Assembly: GCA_002382085.1 (NCBI GenBank)
Contig: DFZK01000014.1
Span: 15,653 to 79,652 of the forward strand
Direction: 5' to 3'
Length of the DNA stretch: 64,000 nucleotides
Source: Sulfurospirillum sp. UBA4058
Lineage (GTDB): Bacteria > Campylobacterota > Campylobacteria > Campylobacterales > Sulfurospirillaceae
Positions 9,894-17,267 of the stretch are shown piece by piece. Under the pieces are notes generated by a model. The model was not told the DNA's origin. It worked only from the letters and a program-made list of their open reading frames with translations, and did not search any database. A program made the translations under genes and the position numbers. Within the stretch, counting starts at the first letter, position 1; each line of letters starts with the position of its first letter.

Positions 9894-10340
9894 TTACGCC
9901 AACAACGTTTTCGCGATAAGATTAATACGCTTACCATCCGCTACGCCGGCACATTCGCTTAAAACAACCGGCATCAATTTTCCGATCTCTTTCATAGACG
10001 TAATGCCTAAAGCCGCAATATGCTTTTGAAGAATACCTTTAAGCTCATCATCGCTTAATTGTTGAGGCAAATAACTTTTTAATAGCGCAGCTTCCGCCGT
10101 CTCTTTTTCGACAAGGTCATTACGTCCGGCTTCTTGAAACGCACTGATCGCATCTTCACGTTGTTTAAGCGATTTTTGGATAATTTTCATAATATCCTCA
10201 TCGCTCAGCTCTTTACGCTCGTCAACTTCGATTTGTTTGAGTGCGCTCATTAAAAAGCGTATCGCATCGCGTTTAAAAGCATCTTTGTTTTTCATGGCTT
10301 CTTTCAAGTCGTCTTGAAGTTTCGTTTTCAGTTGAGACAT
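9894..10340 (-). CDS. GatB/YqeY domain protein
   Basis: 148 aa, typical YqeY pattern (LKEAMKNKD..., IQKSLKQREDAI, LPQQLSDDEL). Confidence 0.85.
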   Translation of the reverse strand: MSQLKTKLQDDLKEAMKNKDAFKRDAIRFLMSALKQIEVDERKELSDEDIMKIIQKSLKQREDAISAFQEAGRNDLVEKETAEAALLKSYLPQQLSDDELKGILQKHIAALGITSMKEIGKLMPVVLSECAGVADGKRINLIAKTLLA

Positions 10341-10490
10341 CTTTTCCTCCTGTATTCATACAATGTAAAATGTAAAAGATATTTTATAGTTTCTATCATA
10401 AAAACGTCCATAACAAAGGGTTTTTAACGACAAAATGACTGTTCTGAATCCTGAACGGATATAGGCGTACCCTATTGAGATGTTATATTT

Positions 10491-10520
10491 GTATTGGAAA
10501 CTATAATTTCCAAACTTAAA
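10491..10520. other. candidate dif-type (XerH/difH-like) recombination core site
   Basis: TTGGAAA-CTATAA-TTTCCAA, a perfect 7-bp inverted repeat around a 6-bp spacer. Intergenic, and 3.8 kb from a XerH-like gene. Confidence 0.5.
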
Positions 10521-10700
10521 TACACTCAAGAAATTCCCAAGTCATAATGAAGACTTTATATCATACCCTTTTAACCTAAAATAGACTCTTGATGCATGAT
10601 ACATGAAAAATCGATTGAGAAGGATTAAGGCAAATGATTCGGATAGATAATAAAGACTCTACCCCACTTATTGCCCCTCCCTTGGTGCATCTTCTTCTAG

Positions 10701-10714
10701 CTTTACATGTAAAG
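10701..10714. repeat. iterated palindrome copy CTTTACATGTAAAG (14-bp perfect)
   Basis: Read directly; lies 22 nt downstream of the lysozyme-like gene stop. Confidence 0.9.
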
Positions 10715-10735
10715 TTAAAAGTTTAGCTCAGACCC

Positions 10736-11179
10736 CTATTTTTTGTATGCCATATCTACGAGTACGATAAGCTCTTTGGTATTTGCCATTGCATTATAAA
10801 GCTCTGTACCAAGTTTCTTTTTTACTATATCTTCATATTGTCCTTTAATAGCAAGGAGAAGATTATCCCCTTGTGTTTGAGTTAAAGTAATCGCATTGGT
10901 ACTAGCATTAAAAGTATCGATTTCACTTTGGGAGGCAATTCCATTATTTTTTGCCCAATCATCTAATGATTTTCTTTGTGATGGTGAAAGCACAATTCCT
11001 ATTTTTGCAAAATCCGCTGATATTGTTGCAATTGTTCCATTAAGAGCATACCCGTATCCAATCGTTGCAACCCCTTTACTATCAAGATAAACCTTTGAGT
11101 GAAACGCTTCATTTTTTTCGATAAACGCTATTAATTCACCTTCGTAATTTGCAGTCGTATGTAATGTTGTTAGTGCCAT
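10736..11179 (-). CDS. GH24 (phage/T4-type) lysozyme-like protein, possibly C-terminally truncated
   Basis: YEGE...YLDSKGVATIGYGY motif and no signal peptide. The ORF ends at LVDMAYKK, where family members normally continue. Confidence 0.55.
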   Translation of the reverse strand: MALTTLHTTANYEGELIAFIEKNEAFHSKVYLDSKGVATIGYGYALNGTIATISADFAKIGIVLSPSQRKSLDDWAKNNGIASQSEIDTFNASTNAITLTQTQGDNLLLAIKGQYEDIVKKKLGTELYNAMANTKELIVLVDMAYKK

Positions 11180-11200
11180 AGTTTTTTCTCCTTCTTTTAT

Positions 11201-12223
11201 TTAGTATTTAAAATCAGATGTTCTAAAAATAATCGCCGCATATTCTGCGCCGATTACTTCAATGCCAAACTGTTCCCAGTATTTTGATAATTCTAAAATA
11301 TCTCGAACCCAAAAGTTAACAGTGTCATCGTAATGACCCATGGTAATAAGATACTCTTTGTGGTTATAAATAATAATATTTGCATTGCCACTAAAAACAC
11401 CATATGAATTCTTAATAGACTCTTTATCCGTATTTAATGCTTTTGCTACATCTCCGTTATACCTAAGCTCTTTACAATAACTTGGATCAACCACATCATA
11501 ATCGCCATCATTAAGAATTGGTCGTATAAAGAACCACTCTTTACCCTTTGCATTGAGTTTCCAGATGTAAAGATCGAAGCCGAGAATAGGTCTTCTACTA
11601 ATAACTGGATTAATAGGGTCTAGGTCTGGTGACATATACATATCTTCCCCTGGTTCAAGTATTCTATGCGGAGTCTTTATGACTTCCAGATCAAACCGAT
11701 ACCCATGACACTTTTTTAAAATCTCTTTAAGTTTAGGATCGTTATAGTCTTTTACCTCTGCGATAAGCGGTTTCTTAAAGGTAATATTTCTAAAGCAAAA
11801 GAAATCTTCTTTGAACGTTTTGCTTTGTTTTTTATCATATGGTACGCTCGTTACTTTTTTGGGGTCTACTTCTTGCATACTCTCTTGTGCTATTTTCATC
11901 GCATCAAGGTAGGTTTTCGGAAAAGTCTTTTGATTGGATAAGGAGATTGTCAGCTCTTCTAGTCTTGTTGTATAAGCCTCTTTGATGCAAAGAGCATCTT
12001 GACATTGACTCCTTTGTTTTACCCACGCTCTTTGATCACTTTTGATCTCTTTAGTTAGGAGATAAAAACTTGTATAGACCTCACTTAGTTTTTCGTCCAA
12101 CTTTGACAACGCATCATCCTGACAAATTGCTTTTTCTACATCGCTTTTAGCTTTGGTACAATCAAAGCTCGCCCCCAAAAGCGAAAATGTCATTAGTACC
12201 AATACGAGTAATAATTTTCTCAT
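11201..12223 (-). CDS. secreted protein with N-terminal DUF1311/LprI-like domain and unknown C-terminal domain
   Basis: Signal peptide MRKLLLVLVLMTFSLLGA. Cys-paired helical motif DCTKAKSDVEKAICQDDALSKLDEKLSEVY...AWVKQRSQC. Confidence 0.5.
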   Translation of the reverse strand: MRKLLLVLVLMTFSLLGASFDCTKAKSDVEKAICQDDALSKLDEKLSEVYTSFYLLTKEIKSDQRAWVKQRSQCQDALCIKEAYTTRLEELTISLSNQKTFPKTYLDAMKIAQESMQEVDPKKVTSVPYDKKQSKTFKEDFFCFRNITFKKPLIAEVKDYNDPKLKEILKKCHGYRFDLEVIKTPHRILEPGEDMYMSPDLDPINPVISRRPILGFDLYIWKLNAKGKEWFFIRPILNDGDYDVVDPSYCKELRYNGDVAKALNTDKESIKNSYGVFSGNANIIIYNHKEYLITMGHYDDTVNFWVRDILELSKYWEQFGIEVIGAEYAAIIFRTSDFKY

Positions 12224-12291
12224 CTTTCCCCTCCCTTTTCACGCTTTACTTGTAAAACTTTCTCTTGCTCTTCTTTCCACCGTTTCAACAT
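12220..12291 (-). CDS. possible 23-aa small ORF (MLKRWKEEQEKVLQVKREKGGER)
   Basis: ATG lies 4 nt after TAAGGAGG. Its TGA overlaps the ATG of the downstream gene (ATGA). It is below the ORF-track length cutoff. Confidence 0.2.
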   Translation of the reverse strand: MLKRWKEEQEKVLQVKREKGGER

Positions 12292-12378
12292 ACCGCCTCC
12301 TTATGTTGATTGTGTTTTCCTAGCTCATACCATCCTAGTTTTCCCATCATCTTTGTGCCTTTTCAATGTTATTGATAT

Positions 12379-12392
12379 CTTTACATGTAAAG
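12379..12392. repeat. iterated palindrome copy CTTTACATGTAAAG
   Basis: Supplies the ...Tyr-Met-stop end of the radical SAM gene. Confidence 0.9.
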
Positions 12393-13124
12393 CCGCTTAA
12401 CCCCAGTCAGTTCACCGCATTGCGTGCAACACGAAGGAACACTCTTTTGGGTTAAATGGTGTTGTATGACTTTAGGGTGTAAGACTTTTTTGGAGTCGAT
12501 CATAAAGCAACACGGCGCTTTGGTACCATCTACAAAGTAGTACCGCATCTTTTCATTCTCCACGTAAGGACATTGGTAGGTTGTATAAGGTAAGGGTTCT
12601 GTGGAGTAATGCGCTTGGTAACTTTTTTTTGGTTGGATTCTTTGTATCACAAGAGGAATGTTTTGCTCTTTGGCAAAGGATTTAAGCGGTTCTAGGTCTT
12701 GCCCGTAGTTGACGGCATAGAGTTTGACTTTTTTAGGGGTTAAGCTATGGCATGCTAAAAGATGTTTAAGGGTTTGAGCAGGCGAAGTTCTGCCACTTCG
12801 TTTGGCAAGGGCTTCATCTAGGGTATCAAGGGAAAAGCCAATGTGGTCGAGTAAGACACTGTGGGTTGAAGACAGAGGCATGGAGCCATTGGTAATAGTG
12901 CTGATGCGATGACCTTTGCTTTTAGCATGAGCGACCATTTCCCAGAAAAAAGGATGTAAAAGTGGCTCACCGGTTCCTTGCATGAGGAGCAACGTAGGAG
13001 ATTTTTCCCTTTGAAGGATGCGCTCAAAGCATTCCCATGCCATATGTTTATGCTCCAACGTATCATTGGGGCAATAGAAGCATTTAGCGTTACATACGGT
13101 GGTGATCTCGATTTGGGTGAACAT
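12381..13124 (-). CDS. radical SAM protein with C-terminal SPASM/twitch-like Cys cluster
   Basis: CNAKCFYC (CxxxCxxC) at residues 11-18. C-terminal CPYVENEKMRYYFVDGTKAPC fits CX14GX4C, followed by CCTQC. Confidence 0.75.
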   Translation of the reverse strand: MFTQIEITTVCNAKCFYCPNDTLEHKHMAWECFERILQREKSPTLLLMQGTGEPLLHPFFWEMVAHAKSKGHRISTITNGSMPLSSTHSVLLDHIGFSLDTLDEALAKRSGRTSPAQTLKHLLACHSLTPKKVKLYAVNYGQDLEPLKSFAKEQNIPLVIQRIQPKKSYQAHYSTEPLPYTTYQCPYVENEKMRYYFVDGTKAPCCFMIDSKKVLHPKVIQHHLTQKSVPSCCTQCGELTGVKRLYM

Positions 13125-13885
13125 TAGGCTTGCACCTTAGAAGGAATATGCTTTTTTAGCATATTCCTAGCTTTAGCACCGTAACGAAAGTTGAGCATGG
13201 CAAGTTGGAGGAAGTATTCGCTTTGTTGAGGGGAAATATTTTCTAATTGGCAAAAGCGTGCAACGGTTTGAATATGCCGTAATCTATGATAATGCCGTGG
13301 TTTACTGGTTTGAATGGAATTGGGGATGTCATTGTAAATATAATTAATCGTAGGATGCACGCTAAAGTGCTCTTTGCGGTACAAAAGTCTTAGAAGCGTT
13401 AATACATCATTAAAAATAGCATTATCATGTGCAAAGGGTACTTGTCTGGCTAGATCAGTGGCAATAATAGCACCATTGTGAATAGAGCGAGGCGCTAAGA
13501 TGAGCTCTTCAAGTGTCACATTGGTTGGATCAGCACTTCGATTCATGCGTGCTAAATGAATGTTATAGGGCATAGAGAGAGGAAGTTCTAAGAGAAAATC
13601 ATCGGCATCGACTTTGCAGACGCAAGAGCCTTTGGCATGGGAAACACCGATATTAAACGGTAAACCGTCATGACCTGATTGGTAGGGAGTTTTAAGATAA
13701 ACAAAGCCACTTTGTTTGGCAAGGGTAATGACCGCTTCATCACTTGAGCAATCATCCACCAAGATCACTTCCAAAGGATCAAGCGTACGAACACTTTGCA
13801 GGCATGCTTGAAACGCTTCATACGGTGGATTGTAAAAGGGAACGACGATACTTAAATGCTTATGGATCATTTGTTTTCTTTTCAT
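13124..13885 (-). CDS. family 2 glycosyltransferase
   Basis: LSIVVPFYNPP, ILVDDCSSD and VDADD (DxD). The stop overlaps the radical SAM start (TAATG). Confidence 0.75.
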   Translation of the reverse strand: MKRKQMIHKHLSIVVPFYNPPYEAFQACLQSVRTLDPLEVILVDDCSSDEAVITLAKQSGFVYLKTPYQSGHDGLPFNIGVSHAKGSCVCKVDADDFLLELPLSMPYNIHLARMNRSADPTNVTLEELILAPRSIHNGAIIATDLARQVPFAHDNAIFNDVLTLLRLLYRKEHFSVHPTINYIYNDIPNSIQTSKPRHYHRLRHIQTVARFCQLENISPQQSEYFLQLAMLNFRYGAKARNMLKKHIPSKVQA

Positions 13886-13935
13886 GTAACCTTATATTTT
13901 TTAAAGGCGTGATTGGCTATGTCCTACGGACACTA

Positions 13936-13950
13936 CTTTAACATGTAAAG
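13936..13950. repeat. iterated palindrome copy with 1-nt insertion (CTTTAACATGTAAAG)
   Basis: Read directly; intergenic, upstream of the GT2 gene. Confidence 0.7.
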
Positions 13951-14287
13951 GCAAATAGCAAAAGAAGGCATTAAAAGCGAGTAAGGCTGGCATGTGTATA
14001 GATGCCATTCAATACTTGTTAAACTAAAGGGAAAACATTATGAAAGGAGTATAGTTTTGAGAAGTAAAGATGTTTGGATTAAGAACGTTTGCCCAATGCG
14101 TCTTTTACCCTTCAAAGATTTATACAGCTCAAGTAGCCCCCTACGGTTGAGTCACACAAATACATTTGATTGTCTTATAAGATCACATTTTAGTCATTAT
14201 AACCTTAAAGGTGATAACGATAGGCATATAGTTTTAAGTTTGCACGTCTTTTAAGTCTTTTAGAGAGCTACGGTTGCATGAGCGTTT

Positions 14288-14305
14288 CTATAATTTCCAA
14301 ACTTA
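14288..14305. repeat. partial dif-like site (spacer + right arm), direct repeat of 10501-10518
   Basis: 18/18 identity to the left copy. The left arm is not conserved (GCGTTTC versus TTGGAAA). Confidence 0.8.
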
Positions 14306-14383
14306 TAAAATTGAAGTGTTTATTCGAGATTTAAATGAAAAAACGTTAGTATAATCAACTATTTCAATAAAAGCGACGTATCG

Positions 14384-15436
14384 ATGAAATACCCTTTAGA
14401 TTGCGAAGACTCGTTTAACGACACCTACCTTTTTTGGCTTGTGCGATTCATTAGAAATAAGATTACGTCTCTTTCAAATCGACATGTCCAAGATAAAGAT
14501 CGGCTTGCGTTGATTCTCCAAAAACTTTCGAAAAATCGCTATTCGCTTGAAGCGTTAAATCCGCTGGTCAAGGAAATTCGCAATATCGGTATCAATAGTA
14601 TCCACGTCTATTTTATTCCTCTTGAAAAATTATCGCTCTTTTTAAACACTTACGGAGCTTCTTCGATGAGAGAGATAGACGAAGAGTTATTGAGCGATTT
14701 TTTAGCATCCGAAACGGCTAATCTATCGGATGCGACTAAAAAAAACTATCGTATTGCACTCATTGCATTTTTCGGATTTATCGACAAACAAAATGCAGAT
14801 GCAAGCGGTAATGCCTTTCGATACGGAATTGAACTCAAAAATTGGGGTGGACTGGGAGGTAAAAGCGGTACGAAACTCCCCTCTTTTATGAATCAGGAAG
14901 AAGCTCAACGCTTTATTGAAGGGATCGACGCTTATCCTTTTGAGCTCAAATCTGCCGCTCGCAACCGCTTAATTATTAAAGTCATTTTATATACGGGAAT
15001 TAGGGTCAGCGAAGCTCTTCATATTCTTCTCAAAGATTTTGTCAAAGACGGAAACGCTTACGTCATTCAAGTCAGAGGAAAAGGTAATAAACCTAGAGTC
15101 GTCATGATTAAAGAAGCGATTATTCAAGAAGATTTGCGACTGTGGTTAGACTCTAAAACGTGCGATAACGGTCTTTTATTTTGTAACCACAAAGGTAAAG
15201 TATTAACCCAAGCATACGTCAGTCGTCTTGTCGAGAAAATTCTCTTACATGTCGGTATTCGTAAAAATAAAAACGGGGCACATATGTTACGGCATACTTT
15301 TGCAACTTTACTTTATCAAAAAAGTAAAGATTTGATTTTGGTACAAGAATCGCTCGGTCATGCAGACATTAATACGTCAAGAATTTATACGCATTTTGAC
15401 AAAGACCGTCTCACGAAAACAACGGATATTTTTTAG
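14384..15436 (+). CDS. xerH: tyrosine site-specific recombinase, XerH-like
   Basis: Catalytic set present: R (TGIRVSEAL), K (RGKGNKPR), HxxR (AHMLRHTFAT), H (LGHADINTS), Y (RIYTH). At 350 aa, similar to my recollection of epsilonproteobacterial XerH length. Confidence 0.7.
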   Translation: MKYPLDCEDSFNDTYLFWLVRFIRNKITSLSNRHVQDKDRLALILQKLSKNRYSLEALNPLVKEIRNIGINSIHVYFIPLEKLSLFLNTYGASSMREIDEELLSDFLASETANLSDATKKNYRIALIAFFGFIDKQNADASGNAFRYGIELKNWGGLGGKSGTKLPSFMNQEEAQRFIEGIDAYPFELKSAARNRLIIKVILYTGIRVSEALHILLKDFVKDGNAYVIQVRGKGNKPRVVMIKEAIIQEDLRLWLDSKTCDNGLLFCNHKGKVLTQAYVSRLVEKILLHVGIRKNKNGAHMLRHTFATLLYQKSKDLILVQESLGHADINTSRIYTHFDKDRLTKTTDIF

Positions 15437-15440
15437 AGAA

Positions 15441-15476
15441 TAGCCGCACGGACGTAATGCGGCGGCTATTTTTTTT
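15441..15476. terminator. bidirectional intrinsic terminator between xerH-like gene and rubrerythrin gene
   Basis: TAGCCGC...GCGGCTA stem followed by T8. Confidence 0.7.
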
Positions 15477-15488
15477 AATGTGTGCTTT

Positions 15489-16139
15489 TTAGAGCCCTAA
15501 ACATTGGCGTTTGAAATACTCTTTACCGACTTTACAAAGCGGGCATGCATTGGGAGCGCGTTTACCTCGATGAATGTGTCCGCATACCTCACAAACCCAA
15601 ATCTCCTCTTCTTCATCGCTAAAGAAACCGTCTTCTCTCATCGCATCTTGTAAGGTTTTGTATTCGCGTTCGTGTTCGACTTCAACTTTGCCGATAGCGT
15701 TAAAAAGGCGCGCAAGTTCTTTATGCCCCTCTTCTTCGGCGATTTTGGCAAAATTTGGATACATCGTTTCATGCTCGTAATGTTCGCCCGCCATTGCGCT
15801 ATCAAGGTTTTTCAACGTTAACTCGGTTTCAGCACCGTCTACAAGTTTATGATACGCTTTGAATTCGGCACGCGCATGCCATTTTTCATTCTCCGCCGCT
15901 TCTCTGAAATGACGCGCTACCGCATGCCAGCCCTCTTCTTGTGCGATGTCCGCAAAAAGATCATACTTATTTCTCGCTTGAGATTCGCCGGCGAAGGCTT
16001 TCATCAAATTGACCGCCGTCAAATCCGTCGTAATGCACTCCATGGCTTGACCGCAACAGGTCAGCTTTCCGCCACCGACGTTTTGAACCTCTACCTCATT
16101 ACCGCATTTGCTACATTTATACGTTTCGTACTGTCTCAT
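15489..16139 (-). CDS. rbr: desulforubrerythrin-type rubrerythrin (desulforedoxin-like N-domain, erythrin four-helix bundle, C-terminal rubredoxin)
   Basis: N-terminal CSKCGN...CCGQ, diiron E..H motifs (EGWHAVARHF, EHYEHE), C-terminal CEVCGH...CPLC. Confidence 0.85.
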   Translation of the reverse strand: MRQYETYKCSKCGNEVEVQNVGGGKLTCCGQAMECITTDLTAVNLMKAFAGESQARNKYDLFADIAQEEGWHAVARHFREAAENEKWHARAEFKAYHKLVDGAETELTLKNLDSAMAGEHYEHETMYPNFAKIAEEEGHKELARLFNAIGKVEVEHEREYKTLQDAMREDGFFSDEEEEIWVCEVCGHIHRGKRAPNACPLCKVGKEYFKRQCLGL

Positions 16140-16207
16140 TGTTTCTCCTTTTAGGTTTTGATGATAGTATCTTAGAGCAATTTAACTTACAAAGAAATAA
16201 ATATCAT

Positions 16208-16224
16208 ATAATAAAATTTATTAT
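16208..16224 (-). promoter_or_regulatory. possible Fur/PerR-type operator upstream of rubrerythrin
   Basis: Perfect 8-1-8 palindrome ATAATAAA-A-TTTATTAT, 69 nt upstream of the rbr start. The AT-rich context raises the chance of a random match. Confidence 0.3.
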
Positions 16225-16267
16225 TTAAAGCATATTTTATGTATTATTATACGTAAAATATACCCTT

Positions 16268-16534
16268 TTAGCACTTTTTGTACCCGTTAGAAAGATTTTT
16301 AACGATTCCGTACACGGTAATGACGATCCAAAAAATTTCAATCAGAAACGATCCTAAATTAAAATGAACGTATAACGAAACGATAAGAGCAATAGCACCC
16401 GTCAAATTTAAAAGCTGATACGTCAAGGAATGCACGTCGCATTTACCGATTTGCAATAAAAAATAGGCAAGAACGATACAGAGCATTCCTCCAAAACCAA
16501 GCCATTGAAACAGATCCATCTCAATATGCGTCAT
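16268..16534 (-). CDS. small integral membrane protein (3 predicted TM segments)
   Basis: Hydrophobic segments; abuts the upstream gene with no gap. Confidence 0.5.
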   Translation of the reverse strand: MTHIEMDLFQWLGFGGMLCIVLAYFLLQIGKCDVHSLTYQLLNLTGAIALIVSLYVHFNLGSFLIEIFWIVITVYGIVKNLSNGYKKC

Positions 16535-17128
16535 TTATAAAATTCCTTTATTTTTAAAAAACGTTTCAATGCTTTTCAGCGAAAACGCCTTATCGTAGGT
16601 AAAAAGTTCTTGCCACGTTTTACCTTCCAAGCACGCTTTTGTATCGATACGATACTTGGCTTTTACGGCATTAACGAATTCGATGGTCGCACTCAAAAGC
16701 ACGGCATACTGCGCAACCGTCAAATGTTTCAAAAGATCAAATAAACGGTAATAATTGACCATTTTTTTACTCGACTCTTCACCCATCCGAAGCGACCAAA
16801 TGCGTCCGGCAAACTCATGCTGGTATTCGACGCCGTTGCGTACTTCCAAAGCGAAAGCACGAAAGCCTCGCATCAACTCCTCTTTAGCAATAAACTGATC
16901 GATCGTGTAAAAAAAGAGATAAACGGAAAGTAAAAAGAGCTCTTCCGGACACGGAGCGTATTGTTTGATCTCGGCACACGTCTCTTTTTCAACACATAGT
17001 TGCATACGAAGATAGGCTAAATGTTTAACACGCCAATTCTCTTTTTCGTCTGCCCTCTTCTGCCATTCGATGAGTGTGGGGCGGGGAATAGAAAAACGCT
17101 CTACTAAAGGCTTATAGGAGATTTGCAT
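16535..17128 (-). CDS. hypothetical protein, possible N-terminal HTH
   Basis: Long ORF with coding-like composition and the segment FSIPRPTLIEWQKR; no family recognised. Confidence 0.4.
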   Translation of the reverse strand: MQISYKPLVERFSIPRPTLIEWQKRADEKENWRVKHLAYLRMQLCVEKETCAEIKQYAPCPEELFLLSVYLFFYTIDQFIAKEELMRGFRAFALEVRNGVEYQHEFAGRIWSLRMGEESSKKMVNYYRLFDLLKHLTVAQYAVLLSATIEFVNAVKAKYRIDTKACLEGKTWQELFTYDKAFSLKSIETFFKNKGIL

Positions 17129-17219
17129 CGTAAAATCCTTAGTCGAAATACATCATTTTATAATTTTATTTAAAATATTTCAATACTAAAGGCAAAAAAG
17201 AACTTTGAAGACAAAAGAT

Positions 17220-17256
17220 GTATATCATCATTTTATTTAAAAAAATGATGATATAC
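17220..17256 (-). terminator. intrinsic terminator after UbiD-family gene
   Basis: 15-bp perfect stem GTATATCATCATTTT / AAAATGATGATATAC with a 7-nt loop; T-rich tract downstream on the minus strand. Confidence 0.65.
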
Positions 17257-17267
17257 CTATTATTAAA

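Larger units (their letters stand above)
10501..14305. mobile_element. candidate integrated element (IMEX-like) bounded by 18-bp direct repeats
   Basis: CTATAATTTCCAAACTTA is present at 10501-10518 and 14288-14305. The interior is AT-richer than its flanks on sampled lines and all four of its genes are on the minus strand. A tyrosine recombinase gene lies immediately outside. Confidence 0.5.

Noticed and set aside
13994-14254. 86-aa plus-strand ORF in the gap between the GT2 gene and the right dif-like repeat. The 63-aa ORF at 57180-57371 was considered in the same way.
   Set aside because: There is no RBS, the sequence is not protein-like, and both sit in AT-rich intergenic or junction DNA. 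I also searched 13886-14287 on both strands for a RiPP precursor-like small ORF and found none with a credible RBS.
10736-14305. Prophage interpretation of the lysozyme-containing island
   Set aside because: There are no capsid, tail, terminase, holin or repressor genes. The island is only 3.8 kb, and the recombinase looks like the host XerH type rather than a phage integrase with an adjacent tRNA attachment site.
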